Of a stretch of 64,000 bases of DNA, positions 48,549 to 57,352 are shown in pieces. Below the pieces are notes generated by a model, which saw only the letters and a list, made by a program, of their open reading frames with translations, searched no databases and had not been told where the DNA came from. Each line of letters opens with the position of its first letter. Position 1 is the stretch's first letter. The position numbers and the translations under genes are program-made. This stretch comes from an uncultured virus (IMG/VR IMGVR_UViG_3300025648_000023). Taxonomy: Duplodnaviria; Heunggongvirae; Uroviricota; Caudoviricetes. Location: the IMG/VR virus record IMGVR_UViG_3300025648_000023, one strand, 5' to 3'.

Positions 48549-50807
48549 ATGAAGAAACTAATATTTATAATAATTTTATTTATAGGCTTTTTATGTAAAG
48601 GTCAAGTTGTATATAATGGTCTAGGAGGATATGTCCCCAATGGTAACTATGCAGGGTATTATGCTACATATATGCAAGGTGCAACTAAAGTGTACTATAA
48701 CCAAACTGCAATGTTTAATGATTCTGTAAAGGCTTATTTACGAGATACATTGACATATATGGCTTATACCAAAGCAGATAGTTCTTATTGGATTTTAAGT
48801 GGTGGGATTGCAAATAGTAACTTTAAAAAAATATCCCAATTTAGCAGCGTGCCACCAACTGCAACAATTAAAGGGGTGGGTAGTATAGGTAATATAGCGT
48901 ACTTTAATGGGACAACACAATTAGGCTCTACAAACAATCTTTCAATAGATACCCCTAGTGCGACGACATATTATTACATAGGTAAAACAACCAAAAACAA
49001 TTATATCCCACTAAGCACAGACCCTTCTAATCCTAGTGTCGGAATATCGGTTTATTCAAAGACTAATAATGGCTTTACAGAACCCTACTACATAGATAGT
49101 CTTGGCAATTCAAGTAGGTTAAGTACAGTAGGTGGAAGTAGTAAAAATACGGGGACGGGGATTTCCCCACTAACGCCCGTTTGCCTTGATTCAACATCTA
49201 GCATAGCAAAAGCAAAAGGTAGTAACCCTAGATACCCCCCTTTTGCAATATCTTTAGATTCAATACCTAATAATGGATATGGAAGAATAGTTTATAACGG
49301 GGGGATAGTAACGGGGCTTAATTTAAGCATATACAATGCAGGACAAAACGTTTATCTAGGCGATAACGGGGGAATATCACCAAATCCCTCTACATTATAC
49401 CCTGCAATAAAATTAGGGGTAGTTACTTCTAATACTTTAGGTTCAATGCTAGTAGCAATAGGTAACGTTCCTAAAGATAGTTTAAACACACAAACTTACG
49501 TTCCTTACACAGGGGCTGTCTCTAATGTCAATCTCGGCACGAATAATTTGACAGCAAATAATTTAACTACTACCGCTGTCGTATCCTCAATACTTAAAAC
49601 AAACAGTTCTGGTACATTAGTAGCGGCAACGGCAGGTGCATCAAACGACTATTTAGCAGGAAGTAGCCTATCTGCAACTCGCAACGTTTCAACAGGGTCG
49701 ATATTCACTTACAACAGTTCAACGGGGGCTTATAATTTGGATACGACTAAATTGAATAATAGTGTAAGTTCATTTTTGAGTGGTTCTATTTTATTTGCTC
49801 AAAATGGGAATATACAACAGGATAAAATAAATTTTTTTTATGATTCTACTAACTCAAGGTTGGGAATAGGTCATATTTATTCAAACTATACTAATCTTAT
49901 TCCATTTATGACTACTAACACTGCACCAAGCCCGTTTGTAGCTAGTGCAACTAATTTATCCAGTACAAGTGCATATCAAGCATTTCAAGGTACTCTTTCT
50001 TCTGCTCACCTTTCATATCCTGCATATCTTACTATATATATGGGTGGTAGTCAACCTATATCTGCTTATTCTTATACACCAGCAAGCTCTTGTAATACGT
50101 GTGCTCAATCTACATGGTCATTCCAAGGGTCGAATGATGGCACTACTTGGAATGTGCTTGATACTCAAACTAATCAAACTAATCAAACGGCTGGTGTATC
50201 TTATATATATAATTTGTCCTCAGTGGCAACCTATTCGTATTATCGTTGGTATGTAACGAATACCGTTTCTCATGGCGGACAGGCACAAATGGCGGGAATG
50301 TCATTGTATTACAATTCTGTTATTCATATTGCCCCTTTAGCAAAGTTGCATATAAATACGTCTGTTGCCACAGAAAAAGGGCAGATAATACAAGGCGTTG
50401 CTTCACAATCAGCCAACCTTCAAGAATGGCAGAATAGCGCAGGTTCTGTATTAGCTAATATTGATGCAAGTGGCAATATTAGTAATACAGGGACAATAAC
50501 TTCAACAGCAGCAATCACGGGGGCATCGTTTAATGCAACTGCAACAAAAACAACCGTCTCCGCCTCAACAAGCGGCACAGTAGTATTTAGTCAGCCATTT
50601 GCAGGAAGTAGCTACAAGAAAGTAATTATCTACTGTAATGCTGCATTGGGTACGGCTTCTTACACTTATCCGACAGCATTCACAAATACACCAACGGTAG
50701 TATCTACCAATGGATTAGCAACAAGTTTAGTCACAAGTATAAGCACCACAGCGGTGACAGTGACGGGGAGTTCGAGTAGCGGTTTTTTAATCATAGAAGG
50801 CTATTAA
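48549..50807 (+). CDS. tail-fibre-like protein with Sec signal peptide and discoidin (F5/8 type C)-like domain
   Basis: Signal [40 protein letters not shown] and QSANLQEWQ fibre motifs; [12 protein letters not shown]...YSYYRW discoidin-like domain. Confidence 0.7.
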   Translation: MKKLIFIIILFIGFLCKGQVVYNGLGGYVPNGNYAGYYATYMQGATKVYYNQTAMFNDSVKAYLRDTLTYMAYTKADSSYWILSGGIANSNFKKISQFSSVPPTATIKGVGSIGNIAYFNGTTQLGSTNNLSIDTPSATTYYYIGKTTKNNYIPLSTDPSNPSVGISVYSKTNNGFTEPYYIDSLGNSSRLSTVGGSSKNTGTGISPLTPVCLDSTSSIAKAKGSNPRYPPFAISLDSIPNNGYGRIVYNGGIVTGLNLSIYNAGQNVYLGDNGGISPNPSTLYPAIKLGVVTSNTLGSMLVAIGNVPKDSLNTQTYVPYTGAVSNVNLGTNNLTANNLTTTAVVSSILKTNSSGTLVAATAGASNDYLAGSSLSATRNVSTGSIFTYNSSTGAYNLDTTKLNNSVSSFLSGSILFAQNGNIQQDKINFFYDSTNSRLGIGHIYSNYTNLIPFMTTNTAPSPFVASATNLSSTSAYQAFQGTLSSAHLSYPAYLTIYMGGSQPISAYSYTPASSCNTCAQSTWSFQGSNDGTTWNVLDTQTNQTNQTAGVSYIYNLSSVATYSYYRWYVTNTVSHGGQAQMAGMSLYYNSVIHIAPLAKLHINTSVATEKGQIIQGVASQSANLQEWQNSAGSVLANIDASGNISNTGTITSTAAITGASFNATATKTTVSASTSGTVVFSQPFAGSSYKKVIIYCNAALGTASYTYPTAFTNTPTVVSTNGLATSLVTSISTTAVTVTGSSSSGFLIIEGY

Positions 50808-50816
50808 AATAATATT

Positions 50817-51194
50817 ATGAAAAAGTTATTTATTGCAATCAGTTTATTTTTAGTTATTGGCGCAAAAGCGCAATTGGTACCCGTAGTGGATACGAGTTTT
50901 CACCCACATATAGACACCACTATTACGGGCATTACAGCGTGTCAGATAGTGCCTATCAAAGCATCGTTAAGCAATGATACTGCTACATTGGTAAGCATTT
51001 CAGTAATCAGTGACAATCTATCTAATTTGGCGAATATCAACTTCTCTTTTTTGAAGTCCGAACTTACCCCAATGAAAACAATCACTTTCACAGTACAAGG
51101 TCAAAACTATATAGATTGGAACAACAACGAGTATCTATTCAAGTTGGTAGCGACTTATCTCTCCCGTAGCGGCATTCAATTAACATTCAAATAA
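50817..51194 (+). CDS. small protein with Sec signal peptide (possible fibre chaperone)
   Basis: Signal MKKLFIAISLFLVIGAKA|Q; follows the fibre gene. Confidence 0.55.
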   Translation: MKKLFIAISLFLVIGAKAQLVPVVDTSFHPHIDTTITGITACQIVPIKASLSNDTATLVSISVISDNLSNLANINFSFLKSELTPMKTITFTVQGQNYIDWNNNEYLFKLVATYLSRSGIQLTFK

Positions 51195-51213
51195 TAAAAT
51201 CACAGATTAGACT

Positions 51214-51405
51214 ATGTTACACCACATTAAACAGACAGCAGACGGATTTGCAACACTAATAGGGGGATTAGGTTTTTTTGCAGTATCGGCAAATGTAGCC
51301 GATTGGACTATGAAGATTATCTCATTTGTATTGGGGTGTGTTGTATCCGTTTTTGCCATAATTTACTACTACCAAGCTATCCGTAAAGACGCTAATAAAA
51401 AATAA
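51214..51405 (+). CDS. small two-TM membrane protein (holin-like)
   Basis: Two hydrophobic segments and a basic C-terminus. Confidence 0.55.
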   Translation: MLHHIKQTADGFATLIGGLGFFAVSANVADWTMKIISFVLGCVVSVFAIIYYYQAIRKDANKK

Positions 51406-51481
51406 AGTGTGGATAATCAAACTTATTTATGTAGTTTTGTCTATGTATATAGGTTATTTAGTAATAGAAAATAAAAAACAA

Positions 51482-51709
51482 ATGAGCAAATTATTCAGCG
51501 TTGGACTTCAAGACTTTTTACACGGGCTTTTGATAGCCGTTATTGGTGCAGTATTAGCGGTTGTGACTAATACCTTACAGGCAGGTACTTTAACCTTTGA
51601 TTACAAGGCTATTGGTACAACGGCGGCTATTGCGGCACTAAGTTACATCAGTAAGAAGTTCTTAACTAATTCAGCAGGGCAAGTACTTACGAGTGAGCCT
51701 TCGAAGTAA
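51482..51709 (+). CDS. holin-like membrane protein
   Basis: DFLHGLLIAVIGAVL...AIAALSYISKKFLTN; an upstream in-frame GTG at 51407 would add a further TM segment. Confidence 0.6.
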   Translation: MSKLFSVGLQDFLHGLLIAVIGAVLAVVTNTLQAGTLTFDYKAIGTTAAIAALSYISKKFLTNSAGQVLTSEPSK

Positions 51710-51878
51710 ATTATGGTGCAAGTAAATGAATGTGGCATAAAAGGATTGCACAACGCATACGCACCTAAGCAGTGTTATAACGTTTCCAGAGACCCACATT
51801 TTTAACATCATTGCGGCTACATTGCCCCAAGTTCGCCCTCAAATCATACGGGGCTAGTGTCCGAGACACATTTAACCG

Positions 51879-51915
51879 CCCTCTATCTAACACAAGAACG
51901 ATAGAGGGTACTTTT
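51879..51915 (+). terminator. hairpin / possible terminator
   Basis: CCCTCTATC...GATAGAGGG 9-bp stem followed by TACTTTT. Confidence 0.5.
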
Positions 51916-51939
51916 AAAAACACTAGAAAATTAGAAAAA

Positions 51940-52323
51940 ATGAAAAGTAAAATTTTTAAATCGCTATTCAAAGTTGAAGGGTTTATTTTTGATGGGACAA
52001 ATGAAAAAGAAGTCAGGGATGGTTTATTAGAGTTATGCGATAAAAAATATTGTAAAATTAAAGACGCTAGCAGAGAAACAGTAGAAAGACTTCATTTTCA
52101 ACAAAACGCTATTATTGGTTTTAATACTTTCAATGGGGATATATCTTCTTTCCCATTAGAATACGAAGGAAATATTCAATTTGAGGAAGAAACAGCCACG
52201 ATAGATAAAACCGTTGAACCCCCCATAATAAATAATGATACTATTTATAAATCGGGAACAATGGACTTGAAAGAGTGGGTAACCCACAATGGCAAAATAA
52301 AGAAAATAACCATTGAATTTTAA
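51940..52323 (+). CDS. hypothetical protein
   Basis: ATG 51940 has an A-rich leader; the upstream TTG extension is unlikely. Confidence 0.6.
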   Translation: MKSKIFKSLFKVEGFIFDGTNEKEVRDGLLELCDKKYCKIKDASRETVERLHFQQNAIIGFNTFNGDISSFPLEYEGNIQFEEETATIDKTVEPPIINNDTIYKSGTMDLKEWVTHNGKIKKITIEF

Positions 52324-52330
52324 TACAACA

Positions 52331-52610
52331 ATGAAACATCTACTATTCTTCACTAAAGAAATAATCCTTACAGCGATAGTTTGTGTCGTGGGTTGGGTTA
52401 TCTCAAAATTTCAGTAATATGCAAATAGTAAAATATACATTAAGGATGTATCTAATGTTAGCTATATTCTCGTTTTCTTTTTGTGTAATGGGGGTTTATG
52501 ACAACCACGATATGACAATGTTGGATGGTGCTATTATGGGCTTTTTTATTACAATGGCATCAGATGGGATTTTATCACTAACTAAATATCGCCTCAATGA
52601 CACACCGTAA
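52331..52610 (+). CDS. membrane protein, possibly split by a frameshift
   Basis: A 28-aa TM ORF (52331-52417) followed by a two-TM ORF in the +1 frame ending at 52610. Confidence 0.4.
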
Positions 52611-53169
52611 AAAACACATAGAAGGATACAACTACTTATTTATAATGATAGTCTTTTTGGCTATGTTAGGGGCGTTGGTGGGGTGTATGTCCGACCGTAC
52701 AGCGTTGCAAAGAGTGCTCACAAAGAAACCTTTATTTGATACAACAGGTCAGATATATATGCAATTATACCCTTGCGATAATAAGGTGATAGCATCTAAG
52801 GCAGATACGATAATAAAACATGATAGTAGTATTAGTTACGAGCCTTACTACATTGATTGCCCCAATTTAAACAGTCACGATACAGTACCAAAGAAAATAA
52901 AGGTATTAATCCCAGTTAAAACTTACGTTAACAACACCCGTATAATTGACAGCATTACCCGTATAGACAACCAACAACTATCCCTTTGCAAATCGCAAAT
53001 ACAAGATAAGGACAAGCAAATAGCTATACTTAATCAATCAGTAACAGATAGCAGACTACAAGCAGCAGTAAACGAAAAGGATGCTAGTAAATGGGAGTTG
53101 TATTTCTGGCTATTGATTGCAGCGATAGTTATTGCGTTGGTATTGTATATAGTAAAACCTAGGTTATGA
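52597..53169 (+). CDS. unimolecular-spanin-like lipoprotein
   Basis: Lipobox ALVG-C after a hydrophobic stretch, a coiled coil and a C-terminal TM segment; located in the lysis cluster. Confidence 0.65.
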   Translation: MTHRKKHIEGYNYLFIMIVFLAMLGALVGCMSDRTALQRVLTKKPLFDTTGQIYMQLYPCDNKVIASKADTIIKHDSSISYEPYYIDCPNLNSHDTVPKKIKVLIPVKTYVNNTRIIDSITRIDNQQLSLCKSQIQDKDKQIAILNQSVTDSRLQAAVNEKDASKWELYFWLLIAAIVIALVLYIVKPRL

Positions 53170-53516
53170 CACTTAAACAACGCTACGAATCAGTCGCAAC
53201 AGCCTATTTGAACAAGTTTATTAAGAAGCAGGATATTGACTTCGATGGATGGGTAAGCGATGACATTGGGGGGATAGCTTCTTTCTGTTGTCAATACTTC
53301 TTCAATTTTGACGATATGCGCTACGATATAGACAATAATTGTGAAAAAGGATTAATATTAAGATGGCAAGAAGATGGAGTAGACTATAATATGAAAGCAA
53401 ATACAGACACAATAAACTATCATTCATATCACAAGGGATTGAGGTATGAGTATTTAAAAAAAAATAGTTATGAGGCAAGTAAATCAAGCTACAATAGACT
53501 TAATAAAACACTTTGA
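53166..53516 (+). CDS. hypothetical protein
   Basis: 116 aa; WVSDDIGG and INYHSY motifs. Confidence 0.6.
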   Translation: MTLKQRYESVATAYLNKFIKKQDIDFDGWVSDDIGGIASFCCQYFFNFDDMRYDIDNNCEKGLILRWQEDGVDYNMKANTDTINYHSYHKGLRYEYLKKNSYEASKSSYNRLNKTL

Positions 53517-53931
53517 GGGGTTTTCAGCAACTGCCTATCATGACAGTATAGATAAAATTGGCATCGACACAATTGGATATGGCAGCACAACTTACCCTAA
53601 TGGCACTAAAGTAAAAGTAGGAGACCCCACAATTACAGAACAACAAGCAATCGAATACTTAACCTTTGAAGTCAATCAAAAAGCAATAGCCGTTAGTCAT
53701 TTAGTCACATCACAACTTAACGATAATCAGTTTGGTGCGTTGGTGTCTTTTGCGTACAATTTAGGTGAAGGCAACTTATCCGAAAGCACTTTACTAAAGA
53801 AGGTAAACGCAAACCCAAAAGACCCCTCTATACAGCTAGAATTTGATAAATGGATATACTCTAACCATTTACCCGTTAAAGGTCTAGAAACACGCCGTAG
53901 GGCTGAATGGCAACTATATAACACGTTATGA
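53470..53931 (+). CDS. endolysin, GH24 phage lysozyme
   Basis: IKHFEG..AY.D...TIGYG, QFGALVSFAYNLG, STLLKKVN and GLETRRRAE. Confidence 0.95.
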   Translation: MRQVNQATIDLIKHFEGFSATAYHDSIDKIGIDTIGYGSTTYPNGTKVKVGDPTITEQQAIEYLTFEVNQKAIAVSHLVTSQLNDNQFGALVSFAYNLGEGNLSESTLLKKVNANPKDPSIQLEFDKWIYSNHLPVKGLETRRRAEWQLYNTL

Positions 53932-54026
53932 TAATAGCACTTGCAATAGAATTATTATTCACCCTCATAGTAGCAATATTATGGGCTAACCTTATCGACA
54001 ATGCCAACCCCACCCATACGATTTGA
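53928..54026 (+). CDS. small single-TM peptide, 32 aa (not in ORF track)
   Basis: MIIALAIELLFTLIVAILWANLID...; ATGA overlap with the lysozyme stop. Confidence 0.45.
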   Translation: MIIALAIELLFTLIVAILWANLIDNANPTHTI

Positions 54027-54065
54027 ACCGTTGAAGATAATTAATACTTTACCTAAAAAGAAGAT

Positions 54066-55316
54066 ATGTCCAACAATACCGAAGAAAAAAGTAAAACAAA
54101 GACAGAACAGATAAAAGAATACTTTTTATTGCATCAGTCGGAAGATTTACAAGTGATTGCGGATAAATTCAAAAGCACACGCCCAACGGTGTCTAATATT
54201 GTGTCGGCATTAAGGAAAGAAGGGAAAATACCACCATTACCCGAAGATTTTAATAAAGGTAAAAGGGGAGAAGAAAAACACCAAGCGTTATATGATGAGT
54301 GCGAAAAGACGGGGATTCCCCAAGAAAGGGTCACGCATTATTGGTGGAAAACTAAAGATGCTTCCATGTTCGTAAAATGCGAACAAACACAAGAAAGCGA
54401 CATTTTAAAATCAATAGAGGATATAATAACCGAAAGATTAACCACTAGAATAAAGATACCTTCAACACCTAACGAAACTTGCAAAAAAGCCTTAAAAGTA
54501 ACTATATCAGATGCTCACGTTGGACTAGACCCTAACCCTAACGGATACGGGATTTACAACTACAAATACAATGCAGACATATTCTTTCAGAATTTAGATA
54601 GTGTCTATAATTCCGTAATGGCTAAATATAATCAGTTTGGAAAATTCGACACTTTATTTATAGATGATTTAGGAGATGGTTTAGACGGTTGGAACGGGTT
54701 AACGACTAGAGGCGGTCACGACTTGCCACAAAATATGTCTAACGTAGATGCTTTTAAAACTTTTGTTACAGGAAAACTAAACCTAATCGAAAGGCTAATT
54801 GCTGCCAATGTTTCCGACAATATAGAATGCCGTAATGTGTCAAACGATAACCATAGCGGTGACTTCGCAAGGATAGCGAATGAAACTATCAAAATGGTAT
54901 TAGATAGAATTTACGGAAACGGGCAAATAGGTTTTAAGATACTCAATAAGTTTGTAGAGCATTTCTTTTACGGTGACCATTGTTTTATCCTCACTCACGG
55001 AAAGGACGAAAAGCAAAGGGTTAAGAATCTATCGTTAGACCTAACGCCAGCGATAGTAGAATTTTTTAGAAGTTATATAGACTATCACGGTATCAACTCA
55101 AAGTTTATTCACGTTGATAAGGGGGATTTGCACCAATTAGGATACAAGCGTTGTAACAAGTTTGACTATCGCAATTATATGTCATTTGCGCCGCCTTCAT
55201 TCCATAACAGTCACAACTATAACGGTTCATATAGCGGCTATTCAATACAAGTGATAGATAAGCATTCGGCAACAGTAAGCCACGAAGATTATTTTTTTGA
55301 TTTGACTAAATTGTAA
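54066..55316 (+). CDS. calcineurin-like metallophosphoesterase with N-terminal HTH
   Basis: SDAHVG, LGDGLDG, NDNH, THGKD and GDLHQ motifs. Confidence 0.85.
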   Translation: MSNNTEEKSKTKTEQIKEYFLLHQSEDLQVIADKFKSTRPTVSNIVSALRKEGKIPPLPEDFNKGKRGEEKHQALYDECEKTGIPQERVTHYWWKTKDASMFVKCEQTQESDILKSIEDIITERLTTRIKIPSTPNETCKKALKVTISDAHVGLDPNPNGYGIYNYKYNADIFFQNLDSVYNSVMAKYNQFGKFDTLFIDDLGDGLDGWNGLTTRGGHDLPQNMSNVDAFKTFVTGKLNLIERLIAANVSDNIECRNVSNDNHSGDFARIANETIKMVLDRIYGNGQIGFKILNKFVEHFFYGDHCFILTHGKDEKQRVKNLSLDLTPAIVEFFRSYIDYHGINSKFIHVDKGDLHQLGYKRCNKFDYRNYMSFAPPSFHNSHNYNGSYSGYSIQVIDKHSATVSHEDYFFDLTKL

Positions 55317-55319
55317 ATT

Positions 55320-55523
55320 ATGACCGAAACACAAACGGTAAGAATAGAACTACTAGCAGACGGCATTTATAAAGTCTTTGTAAAAAGCAATAACAAGCCA
55401 ATAGGCATATTTATAAGCGACTTAGGCACTTACTACTATGAGCCTATTGATACTAAAGGACTATGGTCTGATTATGCATTGATTGAAATTGGTACATTAT
55501 TAAAGAAAGTTAATGAATTATGA
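55320..55523 (+). CDS. hypothetical protein
   Basis: 67 aa, tightly packed in the operon. Confidence 0.6.
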   Translation: MTETQTVRIELLADGIYKVFVKSNNKPIGIFISDLGTYYYEPIDTKGLWSDYALIEIGTLLKKVNEL

Positions 55524-55921
55524 CTAAAAAAACATACCTATTATTAGACGATGTAAGAAGACCCTTTGATGTATTTTTATATACTTTTAAGCTAAAATAC
55601 CTATTTAGAAAATGGGTAATAGTAAGAAATTATAAAGAGTTGAAAGAATGGGTATTTAAAAACGGTTTACCTTACTTTATTTCTTTCGACCACGATTTAC
55701 ACCCTTCACATTATACACCTAAAGAATATTGGAGTGATTACGAAGTTAGTAAAAAATGGCAAGAAGCACAGACTAAAATAGAATGCAACGGCGAAGATTG
55801 CGCTTCTATGATAAGAAGATATTATCGTGCTAGATATTGGGAAACTAAACCTAAATTCTACGTTCACTCTAAAAACCCAGTAGGTCGGGATAAAATTTTA
55901 AAAATACTAAATAGCTTTTAA
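55520..55921 (+). CDS. cyclic-phosphate-processing receiver-like domain protein
   Basis: LLDDVRRP, W..VRNY, ISFDHDL and VHSKNPVG. Confidence 0.75.
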   Translation: MTKKTYLLLDDVRRPFDVFLYTFKLKYLFRKWVIVRNYKELKEWVFKNGLPYFISFDHDLHPSHYTPKEYWSDYEVSKKWQEAQTKIECNGEDCASMIRRYYRARYWETKPKFYVHSKNPVGRDKILKILNSF

Positions 55922-55923
55922 TT

Positions 55924-56106
55924 ATGACCCCAATAGAAAAAAGACTACTAGAATGTAATATAGCCCCAACAGAGCCGCTAATTAACTTGCTAAAGAATAT
56001 GATGGCAATAGGTTACGCCACCGCTTGTATGGGCATATCCACCACCACACTAGAGGATTTGCAGCGTGAATGGTTTAGTGAAGAAAAGAAGAAAAAAAGT
56101 GAATGA
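55924..56106 (+). CDS. hypothetical protein
   Basis: 60 aa, last gene of the operon. Confidence 0.55.
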   Translation: MTPIEKRLLECNIAPTEPLINLLKNMMAIGYATACMGISTTTLEDLQREWFSEEKKKKSE

Positions 56107-56170
56107 AATAGATATAATCTGCAACTACAATTCCCCATATTATCAGTAAACAACGTAAGTGATAATATAA

Positions 56171-56238
56171 TTCTATCAACAAATTACTGCGAAATAAACG
56201 CTTAAATGTTGATAGATGTTGATAGAAATGTTGATAGA
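56171..56238. repeat. TGTTGATAGA repeats: three direct copies and one inverted
   Basis: ATGTTGATAG at 56206, 56216 and 56228; inverted TTCTATCAACA at 56171-56181. Confidence 0.85.
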
Positions 56239-56240
56239 AT

Positions 56241-56267
56241 AAAAAAGCCCCCACTTTCGTAGAGGCT
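56241..56267 (-). terminator. intrinsic terminator
   Basis: Minus strand AGCCTCTAC-GAAA-GTGGGGGCT-TTTTT with two G.U pairs. Confidence 0.8.
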
Positions 56268-56321
56268 AATTGTAAGTTACCATAAGTAACAGGCTATACC
56301 ATACTATGATATAGGGGGCGC
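56241..56321 (-). ncRNA. candidate ~80-nt small RNA
   Basis: -7 element at 56326-56333 (-), three hairpins, a terminator and no convincing ORF. Confidence 0.5.
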
Positions 56322-56325
56322 AATG

Positions 56326-56344
56326 CAAAAATAAGCTATCTTTG
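56326..56344. promoter_or_regulatory. back-to-back -7 elements
   Basis: TATTTTTG (-, 56326-56333) and TATCTTTG (+, 56337-56344, 5 nt before the nuclease ATG). Confidence 0.6.
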
Positions 56345-56349
56345 TAATT

Positions 56350-57054
56350 ATGAAACAATTATATTTACTTTTCAGTTGGTTACTAATTGTAGTCAACTGC
56401 CAAGCGCAACATACAATACAACTTAACCATAAGTACTATACGGTGCAATTTGATACGGTATTTTGTCAAGGGATACTAAACCACTACACTCAAACGATTG
56501 CGCACCATAATAGCACAAAATTAAAGCGTGAGGGTAGTTTATTAACCGAGTTCCATAAAGACCCGTTAATACCCTCTAAATGGCAAACGGTAAGTAAGTC
56601 CGACTATGCCAACTACAATAAACAATACAAGGGAGATAAACATAATACTGTTGACATTGGGCATATAATTCCGTACCAATCTATGTCTTTCGATAGTATA
56701 GCAGCAGAGGAAACAATGATGTTTTCTACTAATACAGCCTTTCAAATATCGTGGTTTAATGAGCAACAATGGAAGAATATTGAGGCGATAGTGTTTGATA
56801 GTATTGGCAGTAAGTATGATTGTGAAGTTTACACTGGGGTATTAATCAGCACTTCGCACCCACATAAATACAACCAAGTTTATATAGCGGATTATTATTT
56901 TAAAGTAGTCAAATTCGACCACTTTACTTTGGCGTGGTTAGGGTTAAATAGTCCTACTAATACAAGCACAAAGCCAAGTGATGCAGCTATTTCTATCGAC
57001 AAACTAAAAGCTATTATCTTACAATATTATCCTAGTTTACAGTTGGGGTTTTAG
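56350..57054 (+). CDS. secreted DNA/RNA non-specific endonuclease (NucA/Serratia-type His-Me)
   Basis: Signal peptide ending CQA|Q; FHKDP, DIGHIIP, FNEQQWKNIE, VYTGV and YYFKVV. Confidence 0.85.
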   Translation: MKQLYLLFSWLLIVVNCQAQHTIQLNHKYYTVQFDTVFCQGILNHYTQTIAHHNSTKLKREGSLLTEFHKDPLIPSKWQTVSKSDYANYNKQYKGDKHNTVDIGHIIPYQSMSFDSIAAEETMMFSTNTAFQISWFNEQQWKNIEAIVFDSIGSKYDCEVYTGVLISTSHPHKYNQVYIADYYFKVVKFDHFTLAWLGLNSPTNTSTKPSDAAISIDKLKAIILQYYPSLQLGF

Positions 57055-57156
57055 CCAAATAAGTAATTTATCAATAACTATAATTGCCGCTTCATATAAT
57101 TCTTCCCTATAATAACACAATGTAATATTAATCATAAATCCGTGCGCAAATGTCAT
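57037..57156 (-). CDS. small hypothetical protein
   Basis: MTFAHGF..., 39 aa, end of the leftward operon. Confidence 0.35.
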   Translation of the reverse strand: MTFAHGFMINITLCYYREELYEAAIIVIDKLLIWLKPQL

Positions 57157-57160
57157 AACT

Positions 57161-57349
57161 TTAATTTTCTTCTGGTGATTGTTGTGGGGTAATAATAATT
57201 TTAGGATTAATTTCAATAAAATCATCATTATAAAACCAAAGCCCACTACCTATTATTTGCCAAGCGCATCTACTATTAAACCATCTTGCAATTTCATATT
57301 CATCGTCACTAGTAAACTTCACCCAATACCAACCGCTTTCTCGTTTCAT
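57161..57349 (-). CDS. hypothetical protein (RxxGWYWV type)
   Basis: MKRESGWYWVK...EIARW motif. Confidence 0.65.
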   Translation of the reverse strand: MKRESGWYWVKFTSDDEYEIARWFNSRCAWQIIGSGLWFYNDDFIEINPKIIITPQQSPEEN

Positions 57350-57352
57350 AAA

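Noticed and set aside
46288..50807. Diversity-generating retroelement target in the fibre genes
   Set aside because: No reverse transcriptase and no TR/VR repeat pair in the window.
51710..51940. tRNA in the structured intergenic regions
   Set aside because: No cloverleaf with D-loop and T-loop consensus could be built here or at 56241-56330.
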